From the NCBI GenBank assembly GCA_964304625.1, contig OZ199840.1, forward strand, positions 8,129,744 through 8,193,743: DNA of 64,000 nucleotides. The letters run 5' to 3'. A program made the position numbers and the translations under genes. This stretch comes from Kudoa neothunni. Its lineage: Eukaryota > Animalia > Cnidaria. Of the stretch, positions 52,501-64,000 are shown piece after piece. Position 1 is the stretch's first letter. Each line of letters begins with the position of its first letter. The notes under the pieces were generated by a model, which did not search any database, was not told the DNA's origin, and saw only the letters and a program-made list of their open reading frames with translations.

Positions 52501-55500
52501 AATTTTGTTGCTGATATTCTGCACGATTTATATTTGGTGAGCACAATTTTTTAAATTATCTGAATTGATCCAAAATAATCATGCGCAATTTTTATTTTGA
52601 TCTTCCCGAGTATTCTTTTGCGAAAATATCTTTGATTTATTTCACTTTGTTAATTACTTTTATATTTTTTGACAAATTTTGAAAGAAAAATATATTTCAA
52701 GAATTAATTATTTTATTAATCTCCTCCTATTAAATTTATATTAGTTGTTGTGAACTTGTTTAAGCTTTTAAGTATTGTTAATGGATAATTTTATCAATAA
52801 TAAGTAACGAGTTTGTGCAAACTAGCCATTTTTAATCGTAACCACTCCTAATAATAAATGATAATAAGCCGTATATTTTTAGAATCAGTTGTATTTAATT
52901 CGTATTGTTTCGCCGCTACGCCTATAGAAGTAACAAATAACTAAACATAATAGATTCCAGTCGTATGTTAATTATGTGATCCTAACAACAACCACTTTAT
53001 TTCTTCAACTCAATGAATTAAGGAAGTTGTTATTAATACGTTAAATAATATTCAGATTACAACTAGTTTTGACTGTATGGAATTATTCTTGATCCCCAAT
53101 ATCAAAAAGGCGGACCAGAAATAATTAAGTATAGTGGATTATATAAAATAAAATCTGTAAATTGCTTTTAAGTAAGAGTTGTTGAGATTAAAAATTCCCA
53201 GCGCGCATGCGTACATGGCATTCAGGATTAAAATTGACAGTGCCGATAGCCTTTGCCTAAATTAAATGGGACTAATTTTGCCACAAAAAATATAAATAAC
53301 TATTTATGCGTGCACATGTGCGCGAATTTTTAGAATGTTCGTAGGCTCCATTTATTAGCAATATACACAGTTACGATATATTTTCTTATATATTTAATCC
53401 GTTACAAGATTTTCTGTACACTTTTGTAATGGCTATACAATAATTTTGTCAAAATTACCCGCTTGATTATTACTGTTCGTAAGAATAACAATTTCAGTTT
53501 TTACTATGCGCGGGAATGTTTTTCGTTTAATTCTTATAAAATTATGTCTTCTTCTTTGTTTACTAAATAATGAATAGATTATATTTTCAATTATCATGTT
53601 ATTAATTTATTTTCACTTTTGAAATATTATCATAACAGGGCGGAATTCCGCTAAACTCATTAAAATTAAAAGTCTCAATAATTTTCAAATTAAAATCGAT
53701 TATAGTTAAATATTGCTTTAACCATTGAATCCAAATGTATGTGGTATTAATTCTGCCACGCGCGCAAATATGTTAATTTAATTATGCATGAATTCAACTG
53801 AATATAGTCGAAATAACTTAAAATAATTTAATTTTTAATTTAAAATACTTCGTAAAATAAATACGGAGAAAAGAAATATTTGATTTATCTCTAAACGATT
53901 ATTGAGGTTAATATTTTGTTGCCTCTTGTTTTGACTAAACAATGATATGTAATTTATCAAACTAAATAACCTGTATTTTTTTATAACAGAAATAATAAGT
54001 ATCATGTGTTTTTTGACTTTTGACTGATATAATAAAGATAAATAATATTTATTTAAAATTATGTTTTTGAATCATTAAAATTATAATATCAGGAAAAAAT
54101 ATTATGATGGACTTTCAAACATATATACTTAATAGCTAATAATGAAATAAATGTATTTAGTGATAACTCACTCAACAAACAAGAACTTTACAAAATATTC
54201 CGTGAGAATGATTCGTTCATTGGTTATCTAATGAGTTGTTGCAAAATGCTATTGACTCCGGTATCGTTATTGTAGACTTGGAAAAAATTTATTTTGTGAA
54301 ACTTTATCCATACTTGTTGATCAAAATATATTTTACGATTAACTTGCCTTCAAAACGAAATTAACTGATCCACTATTAGGATGCTATGAGCAAGAATAAT
54401 GGCGACTATTCCCACATCGCTCAAAACGAAAATTATGTGCAAAATTAGTCGGTAAAATGCCGTATTTTTTCACATGTATGTAACTTGTTTAGTTTATGTT
54501 GTGATTACATCAATGGTACGTCAATTTTGAACGATGAGAACAATGTAACTTTTATTGAATGTTAATTTTCTGTTAACATAACAAAACAAAATGCGACAGA
54601 ACCAAAAATTTTTTACCAACTGCATCGAACTCGTGGACACCTATCTACAAATAGGTTTCACTGAAAAATAACGAAAATCTACTTTTTGATTTTCTATTAG
54701 CTTCATCAATAGCATCTGATGAGGTGATTCAAAAGTGTAACGATGCTGATTCTTTTCGATACTATTTTGTGTTGGAATTTGTTAAATTTTTTGAATCCAA
54801 CTACGAAAATCAAGAACAAAAAAACCGCGGAAAAATTGCTCCATATTATACGCATCTTATCCTCTGGTATCACCATCAATTCCACTTATGTAAGTTTGAA
54901 TCTCGATCAACTTATTGTTGCATGTGTCACTTAGTACACTCAAATAATAAACTATTTCTGCGATTTCCTTGCCAAAAACTATGCTTGTACATTTTTTTAA
55001 ATTTAACAATTAACTAACACACTGTAGTGGATATCCCAACCTCCAAAACAATTTATTCAAACGGTTTTGACTATGATTTCAAATCTTCCTGAATTAACCA
55101 ACGAAATACAAACATTTGTGAGTGGTCACCTACATTGGAGACACTATTCTAATCCATTTTATTTAGATCGATCATTCATTGTGTGATATCCATTTCAATG
55201 TGGGGATATTGATGAGGTTTCTTAATTAAAACACACATTTTTACTGGTTCTACGATAGGAGCGAGAAGAGCTAACGGAATCCAATTATTTTAAATCGATC
55301 AACGATTCCAATTCCAATGCGATTTATGTAGTTTTATTTTGACTCCGAAAAACATTCATTTAATAAAATTAACCTAATATAAATAATGTCGACTCATTTT
55401 TCTAGGTACTGTTCATAAATTTCCTACGTCAATCATTCCACACTCATGTCTTGAAAACACTTCACTACATCAAATCGTTGAATCAGCTTGCGAAATACGA

Positions 55501-58500
55501 TTTCAGCTATGAATTGGACCTCGACGATGTCAGACTCGATTGGAGAAAATCAACACATTTTTCATTAATATCACAAAAAAATATCCATTTCACCCTGAGG
55601 ACTGCCTATTCTTTGGATTGCACTCTCACCTCGGAATCCCTTTTGCAAGTCTCTGTTTCTATCATTATCTTCTTGAACTGCAAAATAATAAATACATTAA
55701 TCATTAGATGGTCATCGTATATTTCCAATCGCTCTACTCGAATATTTCAATGTAGTCTTCGGTTTCGATTGTGCCGTTGCCAAGGAGTGTCTTCTTCAAT
55801 TGGTAGTTTTTATTACTATTGGGTATTTGATTAAGACACCACCTCTCTAGATTAAATCAACTTCGAACGATGTTATTGCACAAGCGTATTCCACTATTGT
55901 CTACATTGAAAGCAGTAACCAAACAAACTTACCACAGGCTAAGAAAGGGGTAAGTTTCTAACAATCTATTATGCTTCTTTATTTAAACTTTAATTAATCA
56001 TCACGTTTCTACATCAATATATATATATATATATCGCTTAAACGATTATAATTTTTTCGTTTATAATGATTATTTTTAAATAATAATTTAAAACCCGTTA
56101 AATTTAAAATATCAAGCTCACGCAACAATAATTTCATAAAATCTGTATTTCGCTAGATATATCTCAAATTTACGTCAAAGATGATTCAAGTATTTTAATT
56201 GAAAATATCTGATTTAATTATCAAATATTAAAATACTAATAATCATATGAATGAATTAAATTATTTTTAGCACTTTAAAATATTTTTTTCTAATTTATTT
56301 AACTCTACAAATGTAAATACAAATAGTATTTTAGTTTTTTCACGTTATTTATTGATAATGTTAATAGGCCGGTGGTACGTACATTAATTATTTCATGTAT
56401 TAAAAGGGTCTCTCTTATTTTAAATGATTTTTAAAATTATATAATGTTAGGATTACTCGCATTCGACAATTTATAAGCACAATTACCAGGATTAAATGAA
56501 AAATAAAAAGTCAAGTGTGGATCGGTCGTACGTATCTTTTTGTTCTGACCGCTTGATGAAATTAAATGTTTTCTTTATCTTTCTACAACATTTAAACAAT
56601 TGATAGGTTTTTATAGGTATCTTAATACGACATCTAATTAAAAAATTAAGGATAAACATAGGCAAATGTTTTAAATATATAGTAGTGTGGTTATTATGGT
56701 GTCCCCCTAATTCATGGTACCATAGTACATCATAGTACAGTAGGTAACCGATTTTCCGTAGCTTCAGACTTTCTTCCCTTAAAATATTATTTTAATATTT
56801 TAAATCATATATTTGATTTATATGTAGATTTTAAAAATTGAACATCGGAAAGTGGTTTTTTCCTATTATTAGCGCTTACCCCGATTTTCCTTAACTTTTC
56901 AGTCATGGGCGGATTTAGTGGTGTGTCTTTTTTTACATTTATAATGTCTGGAAAATTTAAAAACAGGTAAAATAATAAAACTGAAATACAAATTTATTGA
57001 TTTTTTTAAAATATACTAAACAGGAGTGCAAAAAATTATTTTTCGTAAATTTAAGCTTCCTTCTATTTCTATTCTAGATATCATCTTGATTAGGAAAAAA
57101 GATGTATTTTTATCTTCTAAAACTGGCTTGGCTTCTTCGGAGAGAAGAAATTTTAAACAGTGTTCAAATCACGATATCAATATTTTAGTATATGCTGAGC
57201 GAATTATTTGAGATAAAAAAATTGAACTATCTTTCTAATGATATCATGCATGAAAAGAAACCAATTAACAAAAGAGTTTAACCTAAGCGTAATGATGACC
57301 CATGATTGATTTGTCTTTAGTCAACGCGTTTTCAATATACAAAGATGTACTTAACCACTTAACCATTCGAAGAAGATTAGACGCACTTTTTCTAATGAAA
57401 TTGCAGAGAAACTTTATAGTCCATTGCTAATGCGGAATTCATCAGATGGGATCATTAAGAGGAAATCACTAATTCTTCAACAACTTAACAAAATTCCACC
57501 TATTAACGTAAAGCTTTCAAGGTGTGAATATTGTGAGTGGAAAAAGGACAAGCAAACAACAAAATGATGCCAAATTTTTTATAAATTTTATTGTTCCAAT
57601 GCACGCCTAAGAATATATTTTAAATTTATATTATTCCGGTATATTATAAAGTTTGAGATTTTTCTAATTCTGGCGATAATGCATAATATATGTTAAGAAA
57701 GATGCTCAAATGTCTACGACTTATGCCGCGAAAGTACGATGGGGATTAAATTAGAATGTTAATGCTTATTTTACGGAGATAAATTAATTAAAATTAGTCA
57801 ATACTTAAATATCGTCTTTGGAAAAAATTTTAAAGTTAATAAATCCAATAAAATAATTGGGGTATTTTTGACCCCCAAGACTTTACACGTACATTGTTTT
57901 TTTGATCCTTACAGGGTTAATATTTATTTATGTTATATGTAGAGTTGTGTGTAATATTTTTTCACATACACATACGCGCAAAAAGTACGTACCGTTTTCC
58001 CTTTCTCAAATTCTCAAGGGGATTACATATGACCGATCTATTACTGCATTTATTTATATGTTGTTTAATAGTTGAATTTCGTTTTTGAAAAACAAACAAT
58101 GAATTGTAAGAGGAATTGTTGTATGCTCTGTTCTGCTCTAAGCGAAACGTTGTTTACAGATATTTATACGCGTCACCGTAATTTTGGCCGAATTAATACA
58201 ATCCAACTAATCAAAAACATATGCTTATAAATTAACTGTATTTTTTTCATATGAAAAAAATCTATAACATTGAATTTAAAAAGATGCTTCTTCTTAACAA
58301 TCTATAACATTGAATTTTAGAAAACCTCATCCACCAATAAAGCCAACCTAGCAGCAAAAATGAACAAATACATCCCTGACCTAATCTATGCTATTGAGAA
58401 CTACGAGAAACAGCTCATTGTGTTTTCAGAAAAATACCATGTAACCCATACATCACCATCATAACGATAAACAGATTAACAATCTCTATTTAATAGATAA

Positions 58501-58586
58501 GCCTGACAAAAAATCTGAAAAATAGCACCGCTAGAGATTTTAAAATCAATCTTAAAAAACTCTCTACCGCCGATCCACCATCTTAG
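46580..58586 (+). CDS. FANCI: Fanconi anemia group I protein (multi-exon, divergent)
   Basis: C-terminus KYIPDLIYAIENYEKQLIVFSEKYH/ISLTKNLKNSTARDFKI (cf. [42 protein letters not shown]). Also VAVDGFLLICRHFK (cf. SAVAGFLLLLKNFK), LDIFGHLRRCL (cf. LEIMDSLRRCL) and FILFLKKKL at the ubiquitinated-lysine helix. The 46580-47770 exons match the N-terminus more weakly. Exons in 52.5-54.2 kb were not resolved. Confidence 0.82.
53636..53760. mobile_element. Possible small MITE inside FANCI
   Basis: Imperfect inverted ends cagggcggaatt / aattctgccacg. Confidence 0.3.
56736..57920. mobile_element. Transposon debris in a long FANCI intron
   Basis: TA-cagtaggtaaccgattttccgta (reverse complement also present at about 22150-22175). 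piggyBac-type right end ggggtatttttgacccc...aggg-TTAA at 57858-57920. Confidence 0.45.
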
Positions 58587-58673
58587 TAGCATTATTAATG
58601 TGTTACAATTGTCCACATTCAGTTATATTTTTTTATGCGTGCGCGTGAATTAATTTTCTGGAATAAATTTGTA

Positions 58674-60182
58674 ATGTCTTTCAACGTTATTAATATGGAA
58701 GGAGGTGTTCCCCTTTTCTACGGAGAAAGGTGATTGTGTGTGTGTGAATTTTTATGTCGATTGAAACGTTATTCCGCGTAGAATATTGTTCAATCAAAAA
58801 AATGTGAAGGCCTCTTTCTCTCGGCTCTCATCCCACTTACATTAAAGGTTCCTATGATGGGATGGTCTATGTGACCAGTACGCTGGTAAAGTTTCGGTCT
58901 AGCTGGTTTTTACCGACTGACCACAATTATTTATTCAGATCGCTTTCATCAGAAAACCTCGAAATCACGATGTACTAACGTCATTTTCTGCTCTTCAGAG
59001 AAACATCAAGTCTATGGATGTGGGATTTGGAGATGGAACCTGAAAACTACAATTTGATTTTTTATTTAGATTGGTCAACCATTGCTTGGGTGTAACTATC
59101 TTAAAATGTGTATTATTCCCGAACCAGGTTGGTATAACACACAGCTGATATTAGGCGCAGTTAAAAAAAATTTTTTTATTCCTTTTTCACTATTAAGGTG
59201 GTGGAGCTATCGGAGATGTTATTGTTAAAATGGAATTCTATGATGGTGGCACATTCGAATGTTTTAAGGCGCTAAAGGAAAATATTCGGAATTTGAGTGA
59301 TTAATTTTCTATTGCTTCCAGTGTGGATTTACACTTCAATAATAGTTGGAGTGATTGTGATGATCCGAATATTGCTCGTACAAATATACCACATCAACCA
59401 GTTTGTATTTTTTTTATTTTAACATAATTGTTGCGTTTCGCCTATTCGGTAGTCAATTTTCAATCCTTGGATAGGTCCTGACTATGTTTATGACCCTCAA
59501 GCGGAAAATTTTAATCCCGATCATCCTTTCGTACTTTCATACAGTTGTTTTTGTATTTAGAATTGTTGAATCACTCTAGATTCCTCAATACCAAGCTCAT
59601 CCGAATACTCATCCGGCATATAATTTTAATTGTATTGTTCTGAACTTTTATAGACTATTCTATTTCAAGCTCCTCCCAATTATAATCAGGTTATCTGTTT
59701 TATTAATTGTATTTTTACCAACTTTTGTAGAATCTGATATATCAGTCGATTCCAAAATATAATGTGACATATTGTTTACATTCGATTTTGCTGAATTTTT
59801 ATAGGTTACGCAGCAGCAGCAGCAGCAGCAACAACCTCCTCCAACATATATTCAAGCATATTGTTTACTACTACACTAATTTTTCTAAACGTTTATAGAA
59901 TATTCCATACCAAGTCCCTCCAAATTATTATCCAGTATTTTTTTGTTACGAAATTTTTGCTGAACTTTTGTAGAATATTCAACTACCACAACAAATCCCT
60001 CCCCAGTTTGATCCCGTATGTTTCGAAATTAAATATTTTTGATGATAGTTTTTCAGAATAATCAAGATCAAGGCCCTCAACAACATGATCCAGTAACCTA
60101 TTGTCCGGGTTTTATTATATAATCATTTTGGGTGTAATTTTTATAGGATCTTAGATATCGAGGTCCGACACAACGCCAATAG
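58674..60182 (+). CDS. WBP2: WW-domain-binding protein 2-like (GRAM domain plus PPxY-rich tail)
   Basis: MSFNVINMEGGVPL, DGMVYVT, QPLLGCNYLK and MEFYDGGTFE (cf. KGTVYLT, QPVFGANYIK, LTFTAGGAIE). Tail built from short phase-0 exons carrying PPNY, PPTY and PPNY. Splicing around 59270-59475 is unresolved. Confidence 0.8.
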
Positions 60183-61078
60183 TCGGTCGTTAATAATCAG
60201 TAATTAATTGTTCGAATTTGTTACCTTTTTGAAAACAAAGATTGTCATTATTGGTCAATGTTTTGAAGTGTTTGCTATTTTTTTCTTAAAACTAATATTC
60301 TCATGAAATTTTTCATGTCCCTTTGGAGGGTTGGTCTAAAAAAAATTGCTTGACCATATAAAATTGTTCGATACTAATGCTATGGCCTCTAGAGTTAATC
60401 TCATCTGAGTTTTAAATAAAATTAAAATTGCGAGTTCACTTGATCTATTGTCCACAATGTAGTAAAAATTTTGGGCTCATATTTGTATAGATTTTTTGTC
60501 GTTAATTATAAGATTCTGAGTAAAATAATAAGTAGAACGTGGGCTCGTATAACCTTTATCAGATATGAGACTTCAATTATTATAGGAAATTATACGTTTT
60601 TAATCAATATTATTAATTGTTAAGAAAACCTAGGTGTATTTTACAGTAGTTAATGCGTTAAAGTAAATATAACAATAAGATTAAAGTGTTCTTTGAGAGA
60701 TAAGTTTGATCTTAAAATTTATCATAAAAATAGTGATCGTAACAATTTACTGTATATCTTATTATTTACAAATTAGTCAATTTAAAATTTACACAATATT
60801 ATTCTGAGATTTTGGAGTCGTTTTTTTCTCGATTTATAATATTGAATTTTTTGAATTTCTAAACGTATTGAATAATTTTATAGCTAAATTCAAGATTTTT
60901 TGATATATTTAGTGATTGAAAAATAGTGAATTGTTTCAATTATACTATAGACATTTTTTCACCAATTGCACGTATTTCATCAGTCTTTACCTTGATGGTG
61001 ATGTAATAAGTGTGAGACGAGAAACAATTTTTCTATATTAATTATTCGTATACCCAAAAACATTCTCTATATATTTAA

Positions 61079-61149
61079 CCCTCTAACGATTTTTTGGTGT
61101 ATTACATCCCAAAAATCGTTAGATGTACGTTTTTCGCATCATTAGAGGG
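61079..61149. mobile_element. 71-bp piggyBac-type mini-MITE
   Basis: TTAA-ccctctaa ... ttagaggg-TTAA, with an internal hairpin ctaacgattttt / aaaaatcgttag. Confidence 0.8.
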
Positions 61150-62958
61150 TTAAAACTGATATAAAAATTACGTAAATTAGAAAAAGGGGCGCTATGGAAC
61201 TCCAAACACACCTATGGCACGAATTGTAGAATATATATACATATACTTGCGCAAAAGCCCCGCTTCACGTAAGCTTTTTTCCCGACCAAATAGATAGAAT
61301 AAAGCCTTGACTTGAGTAGGCCAAGGTCACTTTAAGTTTAAAGTAAATTAAAAGTGTTTGGACAATTAGAACAAAGATTACACAAATAAAGTTTGATTTA
61401 TTTAACTAATATATAAATGGTGTAAAATCTAAAAAAAACATTTATTACCTTGTTTTTGAGTATAAAGTGAAATATTACGTCATATTTTAGAATCTACTTC
61501 AGTACTTTTGTGTGGTTGAAGGTTTCAAGCGTTTTAAACTACTATAATGAATTTATTGAGATGTATTATCTATCAAAATGTTTGTAAAAACTAGTAACAA
61601 CCACAAAACGTTGGAATTATGAAATCCTTAATAATGCTCACTTCAACACATAATCACCCTCGTTTTTTAAGATCTAATGTTTATCCGAAACTCGCAGTGA
61701 CGAGCACACTGGTTGCAAGTTGATCTAGAAATACTGTATTAACATTTAGAATAACGGCCTAGATCAAATATTGAAAATCATTTGTGTATTTTAGATATTA
61801 AGAAAAATTTTTATGCCATTCAATGTATGATGGGTCGTAGGTTGCCGTACATTTGTGCTAAACAATAAGGAAATATTTCCCAATGTCGGTGGGGGTGTGG
61901 AAAATCCTGACCATTGATACAACATGGATAATGGTGAGATAATTGGACAGTGTAGCGTATATGGAAGAAATCAATACCTCGATTTTTGATCTTGTTTACT
62001 TGTAAGCGAATATGAATATTATAAAAAATACTAAAAACACTTATTAATTTATATAGAAATAAATACAAAAAACATTTAACGTGATTTTTATCCAATAGAA
62101 TCGGAATGGTTATAATTCCAATTCTATTGGCGCGTTTATAATCGTATGTCCCTTTTTTTAAAAAAACCTAATATAATATTGATTAATGTTGTACTTATAT
62201 TATTTTCCGTTCATTCGCCCGTATACACAAAAATCTTTCCTAATGAAGGTTGGATTATCAAAAGTTTCATTTGAAACTGTTTTTGACGGAATGAATAATT
62301 AAAAATGTTAATTTTTAAGTCCCATCGATAAATTAAATTAGATCTGACCGAACATATTTTAATTTTAACGAGGAAAGAAATATATTAACTTCTTTCAAAT
62401 TTTAATGTGATAAGGAGGTTGTTTTAAATATTATAAGCAGTTTCCATTAAAAAATCAAAACATCTGAAAAAGGTTGGGAAACATTGCAATAAGGGTTCAT
62501 ACTCGCCCTTCTTCGTCATTCCGAAGAGACTGTGAAAAGTTGGTTACCTAGTAGATCCCAGTACCCACATTCTTCCCTTTGAACAAGGATAATGGCTAAA
62601 ACAGAAAAAAATGATAGATATAGCAAATAATAGATTTTTGAAATATCTCAATGCTCCACATAGCGTCATTAAAATTAGAAAGAACAACTACTCTACCAAC
62701 TCTTCAAATACTACATCAAATAATTTAAAATGTTGGTTTTAAGAATTACATATTTCATCGCGTAAAAATATAGAAATTCAGGTCACTAGTATTTTTTTAC
62801 GCAAGCGCAAAACGTGCTAAATTAGAGTTGCCGGTGCTTATAACCCGTGTAAAGTATTTTGTATTGCTCGATTGTTAGCTCGAGGGTAGCACTATTTGGG
62901 GATTAAACGATATATATAAGAAAAAAAATAAATACCAAACTCTAAAAATTTACCCAAT

Positions 62959-64000
62959 ATGAATCGCCAATCTATCCGAGAAACATATAAACAGTTGGTT
63001 AACGATGCCAAAAGTATTTTATAATGAAACCACTAATTTTCGAACGTTATCAATTACGTTTAGAATATGTGGAAGAAAATGATATGGATGGTGTGGTACA
63101 GATTTGTAACAAAATGAAGAAAATCTACAATGAAGGTATTTTGTTATTCATTAGATTATCTAGCATATAATCATTAGTCAAATACACACGAGAAGCTATT
63201 TTGGATATTACATTGATGAATCATTTGGCCAATTTCAGCTACAAAAAAATACAAACCATCGAAACCAACTTTATATATTTTGACCCTAAGGTTTTCGTTC
63301 AGAAATTGGTAATCACAATGGATGATTTTATGTTATATGTTATTACTGAAATAGTTGGAATGTGACAGAGAGGCAATACGAGCGGATTTCTGTAAGGTGG
63401 CGTATGTTCCTCCAATTCCTTTTATGTAAATCGCTGTGTGGTTCTTTTTAAAGTGAATGAACACTCGATTAGTCATGTCGATAATAGTATAATTGGTGAG
63501 AACGAAAAACCTATGAGAAAAAGGAGAAGCATTCACCTAGATTCGAGTGGAGTCACTAACGAATTGATTAAAGTTTCCAAAGTACATGGCCACGAAGTGG
63601 ATAGCAACGTGACAGACGAAAATAATTTTTCACTTAATATTATTCGGATATACGATATGATTAAAAATTATGTAAAAGGTAGTGAATATGAGTTGTGTGT
63701 AGTTTGTTGATTTATGGCTACACTGTGCCACACATAGAAGGACACATTCCTGTGTATTTATCAGATGTGCTGGCAAGAGCGAAAGATTTTTCCCAAGCTG
63801 TGGATTTTAATTTTTGTATTGCGTTTTTAGTCAGAGTATTAAATTTTTTAGCTGTTTTGAAAACAACTAAATTTTTGCATTAAGGATGGTCGAATCAAAA
63901 TGAAAGCCCAATCAAACGATGCGTCAAATATCACTTTGGGTAAGATTTTGATAATAAGTTATTAACTGTTCAACTTGCGAATGGATTAACGAACTTTACT
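62959..64000 (+). CDS. NSMCE4A: SMC5/6 kleisin subunit NSE4 (5' part, runs off the window)
   Basis: RQSIRETYKQLVN, VKYTREAILDITLM, FDPKVFVQKL and KDFSQAVDFNFCIAFLVR/DGRIKM (cf. [60 protein letters not shown]). Confidence 0.78.

Noticed and set aside
58259-58317. 19-bp direct repeat aatctataacattgaattt
   Set aside because: A local intronic duplication within FANCI with no evident function.
1-64000. CRISPR arrays, prokaryotic operons or an alternative genetic code
   Set aside because: No regularly spaced repeat-spacer array was seen. In-frame stops in conserved genes are explained by short introns under the standard code.

Overview
This is an AT-rich eukaryotic window, not a prokaryotic one. 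Genes are cut by many short spliceosomal introns (about 35-60 nt, GT-AG with some probable GC-AG), so the ORF track shows mostly single exons. The gene content and phase-1 extracellular modules point to a compact, fast-evolving animal genome. A reduced parasite such as a myxozoan, orthonectid or dicyemid is plausible, but that is inference only. Housekeeping genes reconstructed by hand are COG4, SNRPA1 (U2A'), a polypeptide GalNAc-transferase, RPL36A, FANCI, WBP2 and the 5' part of NSMCE4. The most striking locus is a tandemly duplicated 5.7-kb cassette (10.15-15.85 kb and 25.75-31.45 kb). Each copy holds two paralogous, unrecognised genes for Cys-rich six-module FN3/Ig-like surface proteins, one membrane-anchored and one apparently secreted. 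The two copies are near-identical, including intergenic DNA, except for a sharply bounded hypervariable patch in the same third module of both genes. The 10-kb spacer between copies is a nest of dead transposons (hAT > tRNA-SINE > piggyBac, pogo, a second piggyBac). piggyBac-type ends at TTAA sites bracket the whole 15.6-kb repeat unit. Merlin and hAT relics and MITEs occur elsewhere. All gene identifications come from remembered family motifs, not database searches.
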